A DNA stretch of 64,000 bases from Methanobacteriota archaeon (GTDB taxonomy: Archaea > Halobacteriota > Bog-38 > Methanoflorentales > Methanoflorentaceae). The stretch covers positions 352,001-416,000 of the forward strand of contig OY970393.1 in NCBI GenBank assembly GCA_963720465.1. The letters are read 5' to 3'. The notes under the pieces were generated by a model. The model was not told where the DNA came from. It worked only from the letters and a program-made list of their open reading frames with translations, and ran no database searches. Below are positions 51,411 to 62,337 of this stretch, in pieces (position 1 is the first letter of the stretch; every line of letters begins with the position of its first letter). A program made the position numbers and the translations under genes.

Positions 51411-51692
51411 GTGTTCAAGCAAAAAGGAGGTGACGGCGTGTATAGAGCAAACACAAGAAACAATTTCGGCGGCGGCTACAAGAGCTACGATAGCAAACCA
51501 AAGAGTGCTCCCGTAGATGTCGGAAAGCAATACGACGTAAAAATCGAGGATATTGCAAAACAGGGCGATGGGATAGCTCGCATTAGTGGATTCGTGATTT
51601 TCGTGCCACACACCAAGATCGGTGACGAAGTTAAGATTGAAATCAAGGCTGTGAAGCGCAACTTCGCTTTTGCTGAAGTAGTCGAAGAGTAA
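51411..51692 (+). CDS. Single TRAM-domain RNA-binding protein
   Basis: 'APVDVGKQYDVKIEDIAKQGDGIARISGFVIFVP'. Confidence 0.92.
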   Translation: MFKQKGGDGVYRANTRNNFGGGYKSYDSKPKSAPVDVGKQYDVKIEDIAKQGDGIARISGFVIFVPHTKIGDEVKIEIKAVKRNFAFAEVVEE

Positions 51693-51897
51693 CCAAGCTA
51701 GTTTGAGTTACGGATTGAACTGAATTGATGGATTAACTGCATTATTGTGGGAAGTTGCGCTGCGCACCTTGACTAATATGTTGTTCTTCCATCTACCTTT
51801 TTGATTAACTGGTGCATTTAGAGCACGTTTGAGTCCAGTGCGTTTCTGCATGCCTGCTCAAAAAACGCGCCTTTTTTGAAGCACATTTTTCAAGTGT

Positions 51898-52704
51898 TCA
51901 GAGAACGATACGGGCTCCACAATTGTATATTGCCGTCTTTCGAACGGTTCCGAATTCACTGAGCGCATTAGAGGGATCTATGCCATAAACCGCATCCCCG
52001 AGCATCGCTATCGACGCGCACCCGCCGCTCGCCTCTACGGCCTCGACCGCGTCTCGCGCTTTGTGACTCAGCAGTTCGGTGTCACGCGCAAATTGCCGAG
52101 ACAAACGCATGAATTCGCTAAATGTGGGCCTGGTGATCAGTTTCTTAAGCGCGGCTGATCCAAATTTCTCTATTGCAGCGAGCGCGCTTCGATCTGCCAA
52201 GATTTCAGGCGTTGAAAGTGGTCCGAACACAAGATAAGAGATTTCGAGCGGCGGAGTGGGAATTCGATCGACCGAATTTTGGCGCCTGATGACGACACCT
52301 CCAACAGCTTGAGCGATAACGTCTCCGACTCCGGTCTTATTGACAATTTCTGCGCGCTGGGCGGTCTTGCAAAGCGCGTTAAAACTGAGATTGAGCCCGC
52401 ATAGACGGTTAAGGGAAAGTGCAGTGCTTAAAGCGCCGGCACCACTCGTGCCGAGGCCACAGCTGATCGGCCCTGCGAGCTCCGTCCTTATATCGACTTG
52501 CTTCGCAGATAGAGAGGCGATGACCGTCTTTGTGGTAGGCGCGAGAGATAGCTCTTTGTTGATATACACGCTGCCATCGCCTGCGAAGGCTTCAGTCGTT
52601 GCGCCATCGGCGATGACAATGCCGCACCCTACTGAGGAGATCCCTGCCCGGTCGGGCTTCAGCGCGAAAAACCCCGTTATGTGAAAAGGGCAAAACGCTT
52701 TCAT
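51898..52704 (-). CDS. pok: Pantoate kinase (GHMP family)
   Basis: 'AFCPFHITGFF', 'GLGTSGAGAL', 'AEIVNKTGVGDV', 'AMLG'; overlaps coaBC. Confidence 0.85.
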   Translation of the reverse strand: MKAFCPFHITGFFALKPDRAGISSVGCGIVIADGATTEAFAGDGSVYINKELSLAPTTKTVIASLSAKQVDIRTELAGPISCGLGTSGAGALSTALSLNRLCGLNLSFNALCKTAQRAEIVNKTGVGDVIAQAVGGVVIRRQNSVDRIPTPPLEISYLVFGPLSTPEILADRSALAAIEKFGSAALKKLITRPTFSEFMRLSRQFARDTELLSHKARDAVEAVEASGGCASIAMLGDAVYGIDPSNALSEFGTVRKTAIYNCGARIVL

Positions 52705-53855
52705 GAGTCGTTCATTCGACGAACTATAGCGTCCATGATCTTCTGAGCGAGGAATGCCTTGTCGCCTTGGTGCCGTTCGACCTGTGAGTTGACAATGTAA
52801 ATTTCGTTATCTTCCGTGCCCATGCCTCGGAACGTTACATCGTTAGCGACTACCAGATCGACAGGGATAGATCTGGCGCATTCAATCAGAGCGTCAGGAG
52901 TTGTGTGTGTTTCTGCTTTGAAACAAACGATAAAGAGGTTTGGGTACTTAGCTCTGACGATGTCGGTGAGTTTCGGTACATTTTTCAGCGCGAGATGTAG
53001 CTCTTGACCCGATCGTATCTTCTCACTGTGTTTATCGGCTGTATAATCCGAGATGGCCGCCGCGTTGATGAAAATGTCGCACCCTTTCTCGAGCTCAGAA
53101 AGCACCGCTTGAATCATCTCCGTGGCGCTTTCCACAGGCACCTGGTTGACGAGCCGTGCTTCGCCGTTGTGCACGATAGTGACGTCCGCGCCTCTTCTAA
53201 AAGCTTCATACGCAAGCTCTCTGCCAGTTCGCCCCGAACTCCTCGTAGTAAGAATGCGAATTGGATCCAATGATTCTGTCGTTGCTCCGCTGGTTATTAA
53301 GACCCTCTTTTGTCTGAGCTCACCTTCCGAAACGAGTCGTTCGACCACGAGCACGATGTCGTCGAGTTCAGCAAGCTTTGCTTTGCCCTCTTCCAGGCGT
53401 GGCGATACGAAATGCACAAGTGCTTTCAAGCGATCGAGGTTCTCAGCGATGAACGGATGAGAGTACATGGACTCGTGCATCGCCGGGACGATAACTACGG
53501 GCTTTCCCGATCCCAGCGCCGTGGCTGCGCAAGTCGTGACCGGGGTGTCGTCGATGCCGTGCGCCACCTTGCCAATGGTGTTTGCCGTGCACGGGGCAAT
53601 CAGCAGCAAATCTGCCGATCCGCCTTTACCGAGAAATGTAACGTGTTCCACGTTTCCGGTGAGCTGGGTTATCACGGGCTTTTGTGTTGCGTATTGTAGC
53701 GCGTTTGGATGGACTATCTTGCAGGCCGCGTCTGTCATCACGCAATGTATCGTTGCGCCTTTGCGCCTGAGCTCGTGGATGAGCTTGACTGCTTCGACTG
53801 CTGCGATACTGCCAGTAACGCCAATGACGATGGTCTTGCCTTCCAAACTTCTCAT
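52701..53855 (-). CDS. coaBC: Phosphopantothenoylcysteine decarboxylase/synthetase
   Basis: GVTGSIAA, APCTANT, PAMH, 'LDPIRILTTRSSG', AAISDY, FKAET, VVAND. Confidence 0.95.
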   Translation of the reverse strand: MRSLEGKTIVIGVTGSIAAVEAVKLIHELRRKGATIHCVMTDAACKIVHPNALQYATQKPVITQLTGNVEHVTFLGKGGSADLLLIAPCTANTIGKVAHGIDDTPVTTCAATALGSGKPVVIVPAMHESMYSHPFIAENLDRLKALVHFVSPRLEEGKAKLAELDDIVLVVERLVSEGELRQKRVLITSGATTESLDPIRILTTRSSGRTGRELAYEAFRRGADVTIVHNGEARLVNQVPVESATEMIQAVLSELEKGCDIFINAAAISDYTADKHSEKIRSGQELHLALKNVPKLTDIVRAKYPNLFIVCFKAETHTTPDALIECARSIPVDLVVANDVTFRGMGTEDNEIYIVNSQVERHQGDKAFLAQKIMDAIVRRMNDS

Positions 53856-54086
53856 GTGTGTGCATCCGTTATGTTTTTTAAGCTAGTTTCCTCTCGTTTA
53901 ATTCATTAAGTTTTGCATCACACTCATCCAAATGGTGGTACACGGTTGAGTAAGCGAGCGCGGCTCGTCGTATCTAAATAGAACAAACGTCAATAGCAGC
54001 GAGTTTATTTCGGCTACTCGCACCGTAGTGCGTCTAACAAGGATTAAGCGAAATAGCTAATACGCCCCGCCTCGTCTGAGGGTATA

Positions 54087-55547
54087 ATGAAGCAAAACAT
54101 CATACGAAAGGGACGATTAGCGGAGTTCGATGAGCAGGCGCTGCGGTTCACCTCCTCGATCGCCGCGGATGCGTGGTTCTTTCGCTATGATATACTCATT
54201 GATCTCGCTCACGTAGCAATGCTGAAGAAACAAAGCATAATCACACAAACGACGTTCGAGGTGCTGACAAAGGCCCTTCTCAAAATCATGGGGCAGGGGT
54301 ACGCCAAGCTGCCACAGGACGTTGATGACGTCCACGTCGCGATTGAGACTGCGTTAACGGAACGCGCCGGAAGCGCGCAAGCAGGTTGGCTCCACGTTGG
54401 CAGGTCAAGAAACGATGAGGTTGCAACCTGCATTCGCATGGCATTGCGCCACGACTTACTGGCGCTCATGGACGCTGTTCTCGCCTTACAAGATACGCTT
54501 CTGGAACGATCCGGAAGCAACGCCACGACTATTATGCCGGGATTCACGCACTTGCAGCACGCACAACCAACCACGCTCGGGCATCATCTACTTGCGCACA
54601 GTGACGCTCTCGAGCGAGATTTGGCGAGGCTGGCCAACTCGTACGCGCGGACAAATCAATCCCCTCTCGGAGCAGCTGCGTTTGCTTCAACAGGCTGGCC
54701 GCTTGATCGTGATTTTGTTGCGTCAGCGCTTGGCTTTGACGGGATCGTAGAGAATTCTATGGACGCCGTGAGCACGCGTGATTTCGTGATAGAAGCGCTA
54801 GCCGCTGCGTCCAATGTGATGATCACGCTCAGTCGTTTGGCCGAAGAGCTGATATTGTGGAGCACCTCTGAGTTTGGTTACGTTGAAATAGATGACAAGT
54901 TCGCTTCGACAAGCTCTATCATGCCGCAAAAGAAGAACCCCGACACGCTCGAGCTCATTAGGGCTAAGACGGGTACGGTTATTGGAGATTTCACCGCTAG
55001 CGTGGTAATTTGCAAGGCGCTGCCGTTCAGCTACAATCTGGACTTACAAGAGATTACACCTCATTTGCAGCAGGCGATTGCGACAACAATCGATTGTGTT
55101 CGTATCGCGAGTGCGGTGCTGCAAACCATTTCGATCAACAAACAACGGCTTGCTGAAATGAGCTCTGTGGGTTTCACCACTGCAACTGAGCTGGCTGACA
55201 CGATCGCGCGCACCGCACACGTTCCTTTTCGAACGGCACACACGATTGTCGGGGACCTCGTGCGCGTCGGCACGTGCGACTTGGGTGCAATTGACCAAGT
55301 TGGGTTGCGACACCTCGGAAAGCCACTCTCGCTGCTTGGTCTGACGGCAGACGATGTCGCAGAGGCCCTTGACGTCAATCGGAACGTTGCAAAGCGCGAT
55401 ATCGCGGGCGGGCCCGCCGCCAGCCAGCTCAAACGAATGATGAGAGCGCGACGCAGGCGGCATCGGATGCGACAGCAACGTCTCTTGCTGCGACAGACGG
55501 CACTGCAGACGGCGGAGAAGAACCTGCTAAAAGGGTCCGGAGCTTAG
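54087..55547 (+). CDS. argH: Argininosuccinate lyase
   Basis: GRSRNDEVAT, MPGFTHLQHAQP, SSIMPQKKNPD. Confidence 0.96.
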   Translation: MKQNIIRKGRLAEFDEQALRFTSSIAADAWFFRYDILIDLAHVAMLKKQSIITQTTFEVLTKALLKIMGQGYAKLPQDVDDVHVAIETALTERAGSAQAGWLHVGRSRNDEVATCIRMALRHDLLALMDAVLALQDTLLERSGSNATTIMPGFTHLQHAQPTTLGHHLLAHSDALERDLARLANSYARTNQSPLGAAAFASTGWPLDRDFVASALGFDGIVENSMDAVSTRDFVIEALAAASNVMITLSRLAEELILWSTSEFGYVEIDDKFASTSSIMPQKKNPDTLELIRAKTGTVIGDFTASVVICKALPFSYNLDLQEITPHLQQAIATTIDCVRIASAVLQTISINKQRLAEMSSVGFTTATELADTIARTAHVPFRTAHTIVGDLVRVGTCDLGAIDQVGLRHLGKPLSLLGLTADDVAEALDVNRNVAKRDIAGGPAASQLKRMMRARRRRHRMRQQRLLLRQTALQTAEKNLLKGSGA

Positions 55548-55548
55548 A

Positions 55549-56814
55549 ATGGGCGATATAGGACACGGTGATCGCGTCAAGGTGGTGAAGGACAAAAACG
55601 AGTTTTTCGGCGTGTTAATGCCGAGTGTGACTGACTTTATCGCGATCAAACTCGACAGTGGGTACAATGTAGGCTTCGCGCCCGAGCATGTAACGATGAC
55701 GCTGGTCGAAAAGGGAGCGCCGCTCGTCGCAAAGCGATTGCCGCGGCGTGCGCGCCCTGAACTACCACAGCTGAGCATCATTTCCACTGGGGGCACCATA
55801 GCTAGCAAAATCGACTACCGAACAGGCGCGGTGACGAGTCAATTTGACGCGGATGACATTATCGACGCGATTCCAGGCTTAGCTGAAATCGCTAACATTG
55901 AAGGCACAATGCTCTTCAACGTGCTGAGCGAAAATATGCAGCCAGAATCGTGGTCAGAGCTCGCTCAATGCGTTTACAACGAAGTCCGCGCGGGAGCCGA
56001 TGGGGTACTCGTAACCCACGGGACGGACACCCTGGCGTACAGCGCCGCTGCCTTGTCATTTATGCTCCAGGTACCCGTGCCGGTTGTACTCGTCGGTTCC
56101 CAAAGATCTGCCGATCGACCGAGCAGCGACAACGTCGTTAATGCTATCTGTGCCGCAGTAGCAGCTACAAGCGACCTTGCAGGAGTGTTTGTTGTAATGC
56201 ACGAGGACGCGTCGGATGACGCGTGCCTCGTCCACCGAGGAACCCGCACCAAAAAAATGCACACGTCACGACGCGACGCGTTTCGGTCAGTCAACGCCTC
56301 GCCGATTGCACGCGTCATCTATAAGGAACGGTCGTTGCAGTTTCTAAGCGATCACACGAGTCGAGGCGGCTGCGAACTCTCCGTTCACCCGCGGATCGAG
56401 CCGAAGTGCGCTCTCGTCAAGTTCTTCCCGGGAGCGACTCCTGCTATTGTGGACTACTATGTGGCACAAGGATACAAGGGCTTGGTCATCGAAGGGACCG
56501 GTTTGGGGCACGTCGCAAGCGATTGGATTCCGCACATAAAAAAGGCTTCAGATGTTATGCCAGTCGTAATAACCTCTCAGTGTGTTTATGGGAGGGTGTG
56601 CGACAGAGTCTACGATACTGGGCGCGATCTCCTGAGCGCAGGTGTGATCGAAGGTGACGATATGCTGAGCGAAACAACGCTCGTTAAGCTCATGTGGGTG
56701 CTGGGCCAGACGTCCGATCGTTTTGAGATTGCTAGGCTTTTGAAAACTGACATCGCTGGGGAGATAAGCGCGGATGCGACTAGGACGCTAAGCACGTTTG
56801 AGGAGCTGCCGTGA
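55549..56814 (+). CDS. gatD: Glu-tRNA(Gln) amidotransferase subunit D
   Basis: KLDSGYNVG, STGGTIAS, HGTDT, GSQRSADRPSSD. Confidence 0.96.
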   Translation: MGDIGHGDRVKVVKDKNEFFGVLMPSVTDFIAIKLDSGYNVGFAPEHVTMTLVEKGAPLVAKRLPRRARPELPQLSIISTGGTIASKIDYRTGAVTSQFDADDIIDAIPGLAEIANIEGTMLFNVLSENMQPESWSELAQCVYNEVRAGADGVLVTHGTDTLAYSAAALSFMLQVPVPVVLVGSQRSADRPSSDNVVNAICAAVAATSDLAGVFVVMHEDASDDACLVHRGTRTKKMHTSRRDAFRSVNASPIARVIYKERSLQFLSDHTSRGGCELSVHPRIEPKCALVKFFPGATPAIVDYYVAQGYKGLVIEGTGLGHVASDWIPHIKKASDVMPVVITSQCVYGRVCDRVYDTGRDLLSAGVIEGDDMLSETTLVKLMWVLGQTSDRFEIARLLKTDIAGEISADATRTLSTFEELP

Positions 56815-58709
56815 AAGAGCGCGACTACAAAAAAGTCGGCCTGAAAGCAGGCTTGGAGATTCATCAACAGCTGAACACCACGTCAAAACTGTTTTGCAGC
56901 AGCCCGACCGAATTGCGGGACACAAAAGACGCGTCCTACGAGTTTCATCGCTACCTCCGGCCTTCAAAGAGCGAGATGGGTGAGATCGATCGTGCTGCAA
57001 TCGAAGAGGGGATCGGCACTCGGCGCTTTACGTATAAGGAGTACGAGAGTACGTGCCTTGTAGAAAATGATGATGAACCGCCGCTGGAAATGAACCTTGA
57101 GGGCCTAAAAATCGCGCTTCAAATAGCCCTCCTGCTGCAGATGCAACCTTTCGAGCAAGCCCATACTATGAGGAAACTGGTAATAGATGGGTCTAACACG
57201 AGCGGGTTCCAGCGAACGGCACTCCTTGCAGCAGATGGATACGTGTCGCTTGGCAGCGGTTCTGTTCGAATAGACACGCTGTCAATCGAGGAGGAAGCAG
57301 CGCAAATAGTCGACAAAGACGTTTATTCCCTCGACCGGCTCGGCATCCCGCTTGTTGAAATCGGCACCGCCCCAGACGTGACAACGCCTAAGATGGCACG
57401 AGAGCTTGCGCTTGCGATTGGAACGATCTTGCGCGCTTGTAAGGTCAAGCGAGGGATTGGAACGATCAGGCAGGATATAAATATCTCCATCGGGGGCGGT
57501 GCACGCGTCGAAATTAAGGGCGTACAGGCACTTGACCTTATTGAAGACATTGTGCACCTCGAAGTCACGAGGCAGCTGAACCTGCTAAAAATCCGAGACG
57601 AGTTACAAGAGCGCGGAGCGCGCGTAGAAAAACCAGTCGAAGTCAGTTCGATATTTGCCCATACTGCGTCAAACGTGCTTAAGAAAAAACACGTGTGGGG
57701 CCTGTTGCTTCCCGGCTTTGCCGGCCTCGTAGGCAAGGATATCCAACCTGACCGCCGACTCGGTTCCGAATTCGCGGATCACGCAAAGAAGAGAGGGGTT
57801 GCCGGTATTTTTCACACCGACGAGTTGCCGCGATACGGAATTACGTCTCAGGAAACTAAGACCCTCTTACGGTTCTTGAAAGCAGAGGAAAGCGATGCGG
57901 TTGTGATACTCGCAGACGAAAACGTTAAGAAGTGCGTCAATGCGATTTCTGCTGTCATGGGCCGCGCCAAGGCAGCCGCGGAGGGCGTGCCCGAAGAAAC
58001 GCGACGCGCGCTGACCAATGGATGTTCTGAATATATGCGGCCCCTTCCCGGAGCGGCCCGCATGTACCCGGAGACGGACGTGTCTCCCATCGCGCTTCCG
58101 ACTGCGCTCATTGACCGTATCAAAGCGCATTTGCCTGAGAGGCTCGATAATCGAATGCGTCGCTACAAGCAGGATTTTCTCCTTAACGACGAGTTAGCGA
58201 GGCAAATAGCGTGGTCTGAAAACAGCCGACTGTTTGAGCACGTCATGCGCCTCTGGGCAGGCCTAGGCGGCAGCCCCGGTCGAGACGAAATAAAAGATTT
58301 TGCAACATTCGTAGTGCGAACGCTTGAAGGAACGATCGCAGAGTTGAAAAGGGACAACGTGCCTGTCGACTGTCTAACCCGTGAAAACACACTTGATGTT
58401 TTCAGGCTTGTGAGTTCTAAGACTATATCAAAGGAAGGCGTGCCAGAAATCCTCCGTTGCCTCGCCGAATGTCCGACGAAAGCGGCAAACGATGCAGCAG
58501 CAGAGCTTGGATTTGTCATGTTGAGCGAGCGCGAGCTTCAAACGATCGTAGACGCCGTCGTGCAATCGCGACTCGAGTTTGTTAAGGCAAAAGGTGTGGG
58601 TGCTGTAGGCCCCCTTATGGGCGTCGTTATGAAGCAAGTCAGAGGCAAGGCAGACGGAAAACTGGTGAACGAAGTGCTTCACGCAAAGATTCTGTCTGTT
58701 CTTCAGTAG
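56811..58709 (+). CDS. gatE: Glu-tRNA(Gln) amidotransferase subunit E
   Basis: GLEIHQQL, IDGSNTSGFQRT, LDRLGIPLVEI, RPLPGAARMYPETD. Confidence 0.97.
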   Translation: MKERDYKKVGLKAGLEIHQQLNTTSKLFCSSPTELRDTKDASYEFHRYLRPSKSEMGEIDRAAIEEGIGTRRFTYKEYESTCLVENDDEPPLEMNLEGLKIALQIALLLQMQPFEQAHTMRKLVIDGSNTSGFQRTALLAADGYVSLGSGSVRIDTLSIEEEAAQIVDKDVYSLDRLGIPLVEIGTAPDVTTPKMARELALAIGTILRACKVKRGIGTIRQDINISIGGGARVEIKGVQALDLIEDIVHLEVTRQLNLLKIRDELQERGARVEKPVEVSSIFAHTASNVLKKKHVWGLLLPGFAGLVGKDIQPDRRLGSEFADHAKKRGVAGIFHTDELPRYGITSQETKTLLRFLKAEESDAVVILADENVKKCVNAISAVMGRAKAAAEGVPEETRRALTNGCSEYMRPLPGAARMYPETDVSPIALPTALIDRIKAHLPERLDNRMRRYKQDFLLNDELARQIAWSENSRLFEHVMRLWAGLGGSPGRDEIKDFATFVVRTLEGTIAELKRDNVPVDCLTRENTLDVFRLVSSKTISKEGVPEILRCLAECPTKAANDAAAELGFVMLSERELQTIVDAVVQSRLEFVKAKGVGAVGPLMGVVMKQVRGKADGKLVNEVLHAKILSVLQ

Positions 58710-58746
58710 AGGTGATTTCCTGCAGAGCACGGAACTGCTGTATGAC

Positions 58747-59769
58747 TTGGTGGGCATCCCGAGCACTAGCACGCACGAGCATGATATCAGTCTTTTTGTC
58801 GAAGAAATGCTGCGTGACCTCGGAATGGAAATCATGCGCTCTGGCAACAATCTTATCGGAAAGCTGGGTCGCGAGGGGCCTGTGCTAGCACTGTGCGGCC
58901 ACCTCGATACGGTGCCTCCATTTTTCCCGCCTAGAATTCAAGGGCGAAAGCTTTATGGGAGGGGTGCAGCCGATGACAAGGGTGGTCTGGCTGCTGTCAT
59001 CAACGCTGTGGCGAACACTGACCAGGAACGGCTCCGTGGCACGCTGCTTACGGCGTTCGTCGTCGACGAAGAGCTCATAAGCCGCGGCGCTCAGGAAGTG
59101 TTGCCCCAGCTGCACGCTGACTTTGGCATCGTTTGCGAGCCGACGAATCTGAAGATTGTAAACGGGCACAAAGGGCGCATAGCGTTTCGCATCCAATCCA
59201 TCGGCAAAAGAGCACATGCGAGTAAGCCTGAGCTCGGGAAGAACGCCATCGTTGAGATGGCAAAGCTTGTGTTGCGGCTCGAAAAGATTCCGCTGATCCA
59301 GCATCCGGAGCTTGGTCACGAAACGATGACGGTTAGTACTATTGCTGCTGGAGATGCCGTTAACATCGTTCCCGATCTTTGTTCGATTGACGTTGACTAT
59401 CGCTACGTGCCTCCCGACGATGCATCTAGTGTCTTAGCCAGGCTGAGGGCGAAATTGCCAGAGGCGCGAATAGAATTCGCGGACGACCCCAAAAATTTCA
59501 CGCGCCCATTCTACTTGCCCGCTCACCAGATCATCACGTGGTTGAGCGAGTCTATAAACAGGAGCGGCCTCGAGCCGCAGACGGTCACAATGGATGCGGG
59601 CACTGACGCGTCGCGCTTTAATGAGGTCGGAATACCAACTGTCGTCTTCGGGCCCGGAGGCATCGCGCAGGCTCACACGTCCGATGAATGGATAGAGCTT
59701 CGCGAAGTGGAGAAGGCAAGTGTCGTCTTTCAAGAGCTGATCAAAAGAGTTTTGACGACAAAACGCTGA
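58747..59769 (+). CDS. M20 family metallohydrolase (ArgE/DapE/LysK-like)
   Basis: GHLDTV, YGRGAADDKG, DEE, EPT, AHAS, GPG..AH. Confidence 0.9.
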   Translation: MVGIPSTSTHEHDISLFVEEMLRDLGMEIMRSGNNLIGKLGREGPVLALCGHLDTVPPFFPPRIQGRKLYGRGAADDKGGLAAVINAVANTDQERLRGTLLTAFVVDEELISRGAQEVLPQLHADFGIVCEPTNLKIVNGHKGRIAFRIQSIGKRAHASKPELGKNAIVEMAKLVLRLEKIPLIQHPELGHETMTVSTIAAGDAVNIVPDLCSIDVDYRYVPPDDASSVLARLRAKLPEARIEFADDPKNFTRPFYLPAHQIITWLSESINRSGLEPQTVTMDAGTDASRFNEVGIPTVVFGPGGIAQAHTSDEWIELREVEKASVVFQELIKRVLTTKR

Positions 59770-59950
59770 TTTGGCTGCTGTCACTCTGTTCTCGCTCTCG
59801 CGTCGCTAACGAGGGCGATTTGCACAGAGACACAAGAGTTCTTATTACAGAAAGGCTTAGAGCTATGGCGGTAGCGGGGACTTGCGAGCTGTTGACAACA
59901 TAAGACGACGCACCAGTCCGCTTTTCAAAACAGATCTTCACTGAACAACC

Positions 59951-60673
59951 ATGCTTGTCGAATCCATTTCTTTTTTGTTGCTCGCTTTTCTCATACTCGT
60001 GCTGCTCGTGTTGGGATTCGAGACCGTCGGTTTCAGATTGTCAGAAGCTGTGCTGATCTTTGTAGGATCAACTTTGTTGTTCCTGATTTCATTTCCTTCG
60101 ATATTGCTGTATTTTCGTGGTTCTTTGGGTATCGGCATTATTGACGTGCCGCTTGGGATCCTAGCATTTCAGGGTTTTTTAGTGGTGGGTCCGAGAAGCG
60201 ATCTTGCCATCGGCTTCGATGTCGCTGGTTTTCTTATCCCGTTCTTTATTTCGCTAAAGATGATGTTCGACCGGCGAAGCCCAATCCGTGAAAGTCTCAT
60301 CGGAATCGCGTTTATTGCCGTCGTTTCCTATTTAAGTTCAGCGTACGTGGCAGGAGAAGGCGTTGTTATCTCAAATATCTACCTTATCGCAATTGTCGCA
60401 AGCATCATAGGCATAGTGCTTGCAAACAGGCAATGGAGAAGCGTAGGTCCGATTGCTTACGTATCTGGTTCATTGGGAGTACTGATAGGTGCGGATCTCG
60501 TCCGAATCGGCGACATTCTAACCTACCAGCCCACAGGCTTCGCGTTTGCTTCGATTGGGGGCGCAGGCGTTTTTGATGCAATCTTTTTAGTCGGAGTTTT
60601 GGCGGTGACCATCGACGTGATCTTTGTTGAAAACGTGCGGTTGATAAATTGGATCCAAAGACGCCTGGCTTAG
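59951..60673 (+). CDS. DUF1614 family membrane protein
   Basis: 'AYVSGSLGVLIGADL', 'SIGGAGVFDAIFL'. Confidence 0.85.
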   Translation: MLVESISFLLLAFLILVLLVLGFETVGFRLSEAVLIFVGSTLLFLISFPSILLYFRGSLGIGIIDVPLGILAFQGFLVVGPRSDLAIGFDVAGFLIPFFISLKMMFDRRSPIRESLIGIAFIAVVSYLSSAYVAGEGVVISNIYLIAIVASIIGIVLANRQWRSVGPIAYVSGSLGVLIGADLVRIGDILTYQPTGFAFASIGGAGVFDAIFLVGVLAVTIDVIFVENVRLINWIQRRLA

Positions 60674-60783
60674 CTCGGCAACTCTTTCTTGCACGACCTT
60701 CGCGTATCAACACACGGGACGCAACGTGGTTAGTTCTCACGGACATCAGTGCCGAAGAAAACGTTTTATAGGTAGCTCCACAA

Positions 60784-62337
60784 TTGTGGACGTGGAGATA
60801 CGTATGCACTCGAGGGATCGTTTTCTTCATCAATTCGAGAATGAACAATGAAGTAGTCACTTTTTTTGATACGACGCTACGTGATGGAGAGCAAACACCT
60901 AACGTTTCGCTCACCAGCGAACAGAAGCTTACGATCGCAAAAGCTCTCGACAAGTTAGGCGTCGACGTGATCGAGGCCGGGTTTCCTGTTTCCTCAAAGG
61001 GAGAATATAGCGCGGTAAGAAGCATCGTCAAAGCCGATCTGGCAACGACTGTCTGTGGTCTCGCTCGCGTCATGAAACCAGATATTGACGCGTGCCTAGA
61101 TGCAGGCGTGGGGCTGATTCACGTTTTTGCCTCAACGTCAGATGTGCAGCTGAAGTATTCTATGAAAAAGACGAGACAGGAAGTGTATGATCTGTCGGTC
61201 AACGCAGTCGAATACGTTAAGGAGCACGGGACAAAATGCCTCTTCTCTGCCATGGACGCCACTCGAACTGAACCGGAGTTTCTTGATCGCGTTTGTCGCG
61301 GCGTAGAATCTGTTGGGGCGGACATCATCAACATACCGGATACCGTGGGCATTATGGCTCCCTCACGGATGTTTAACTTCATCAAGCGCATCAAGGGTGT
61401 TGTCAAGGTTCCGATCGACGTGCACTGCCACAACGACTTTGGTCTAGCCGTTGCCAATAGCCTGTCAGCGATCGAAGCCGGCGCCCATCAAGTACAAGTG
61501 ACGGTAAATGGGATTGGTGAGAGGGCTGGGAACGCTGACCTCGCTCAAATGGCGATGGGTTTGTCGAGCATCTTTGGAGCGAAGCTGAACATCAATACTC
61601 AATTCCTTCTCGAGACCTCGCGGTTAGTGGAACGATTCACGAAGATCAATATACCCCCCACGATGCCAATTGTCGGCGAGAACGCGTTCTCGCACGAATC
61701 CGGGATTCATTCTCGCGGAGTGATCGAATGCGCTGACACGTTTGAGCCAGGGATTATGACGCCCGAAATGGTCGGTCAGCGTCGCCGCCTTGTTGCTGGC
61801 AAGCATGCTGGTAAGCACGCAGTCCGCGAGATGCTTAAGGACGCTCGTTTTGACGTCACCGAAGGGGAGCTCGCGCGCATAATGGATCGCGTAAAGGGAA
61901 TAGGCGATCAAGGCCGGCGAGTCACGGACGTTGATTTATACACTATAGCTGAAGCGATCACAAATGAGGTGCTGACGCCGACAATTCTGCTTGAGGAGCT
62001 ATCTGTGATGACGGGCAATCGCATCACTCCAACTGCTACGGTGAAAGCAGTTGTAGATGGGACGATGAAAATCGGGGTCCGTATAGGCACTGGTCCAGTC
62101 GATGCCGCGATTAACGCAGTACATGACATTCTCGGGGGCACCGACGTGCAATTAAGGACATTCAGAATCGACGCGATAACCGGTGGGACTGATGCACTTG
62201 CTGACGTCGTCATCGGCGTCGAAGATTCGCACGGCAATATGGTGACTGCTCGCGCCGCGCGAGGCGATATTGTAATTGCGTCCGTTGAAGCCATGATCAG
62301 TGCGATAAATCGTCTTAAGGCTAGAGACGGTGCGTAG
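60784..62337 (+). CDS. leuA: 2-isopropylmalate synthase (LeuA/CimA family)
   Basis: DTTLRDGEQTP, HCHNDFG, NGIGERAGN, HESGIH, GPVDA regulatory domain; exact start and LeuA vs CimA not certain. Confidence 0.8.
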   Translation: MWTWRYVCTRGIVFFINSRMNNEVVTFFDTTLRDGEQTPNVSLTSEQKLTIAKALDKLGVDVIEAGFPVSSKGEYSAVRSIVKADLATTVCGLARVMKPDIDACLDAGVGLIHVFASTSDVQLKYSMKKTRQEVYDLSVNAVEYVKEHGTKCLFSAMDATRTEPEFLDRVCRGVESVGADIINIPDTVGIMAPSRMFNFIKRIKGVVKVPIDVHCHNDFGLAVANSLSAIEAGAHQVQVTVNGIGERAGNADLAQMAMGLSSIFGAKLNINTQFLLETSRLVERFTKINIPPTMPIVGENAFSHESGIHSRGVIECADTFEPGIMTPEMVGQRRRLVAGKHAGKHAVREMLKDARFDVTEGELARIMDRVKGIGDQGRRVTDVDLYTIAEAITNEVLTPTILLEELSVMTGNRITPTATVKAVVDGTMKIGVRIGTGPVDAAINAVHDILGGTDVQLRTFRIDAITGGTDALADVVIGVEDSHGNMVTARAARGDIVIASVEAMISAINRLKARDGA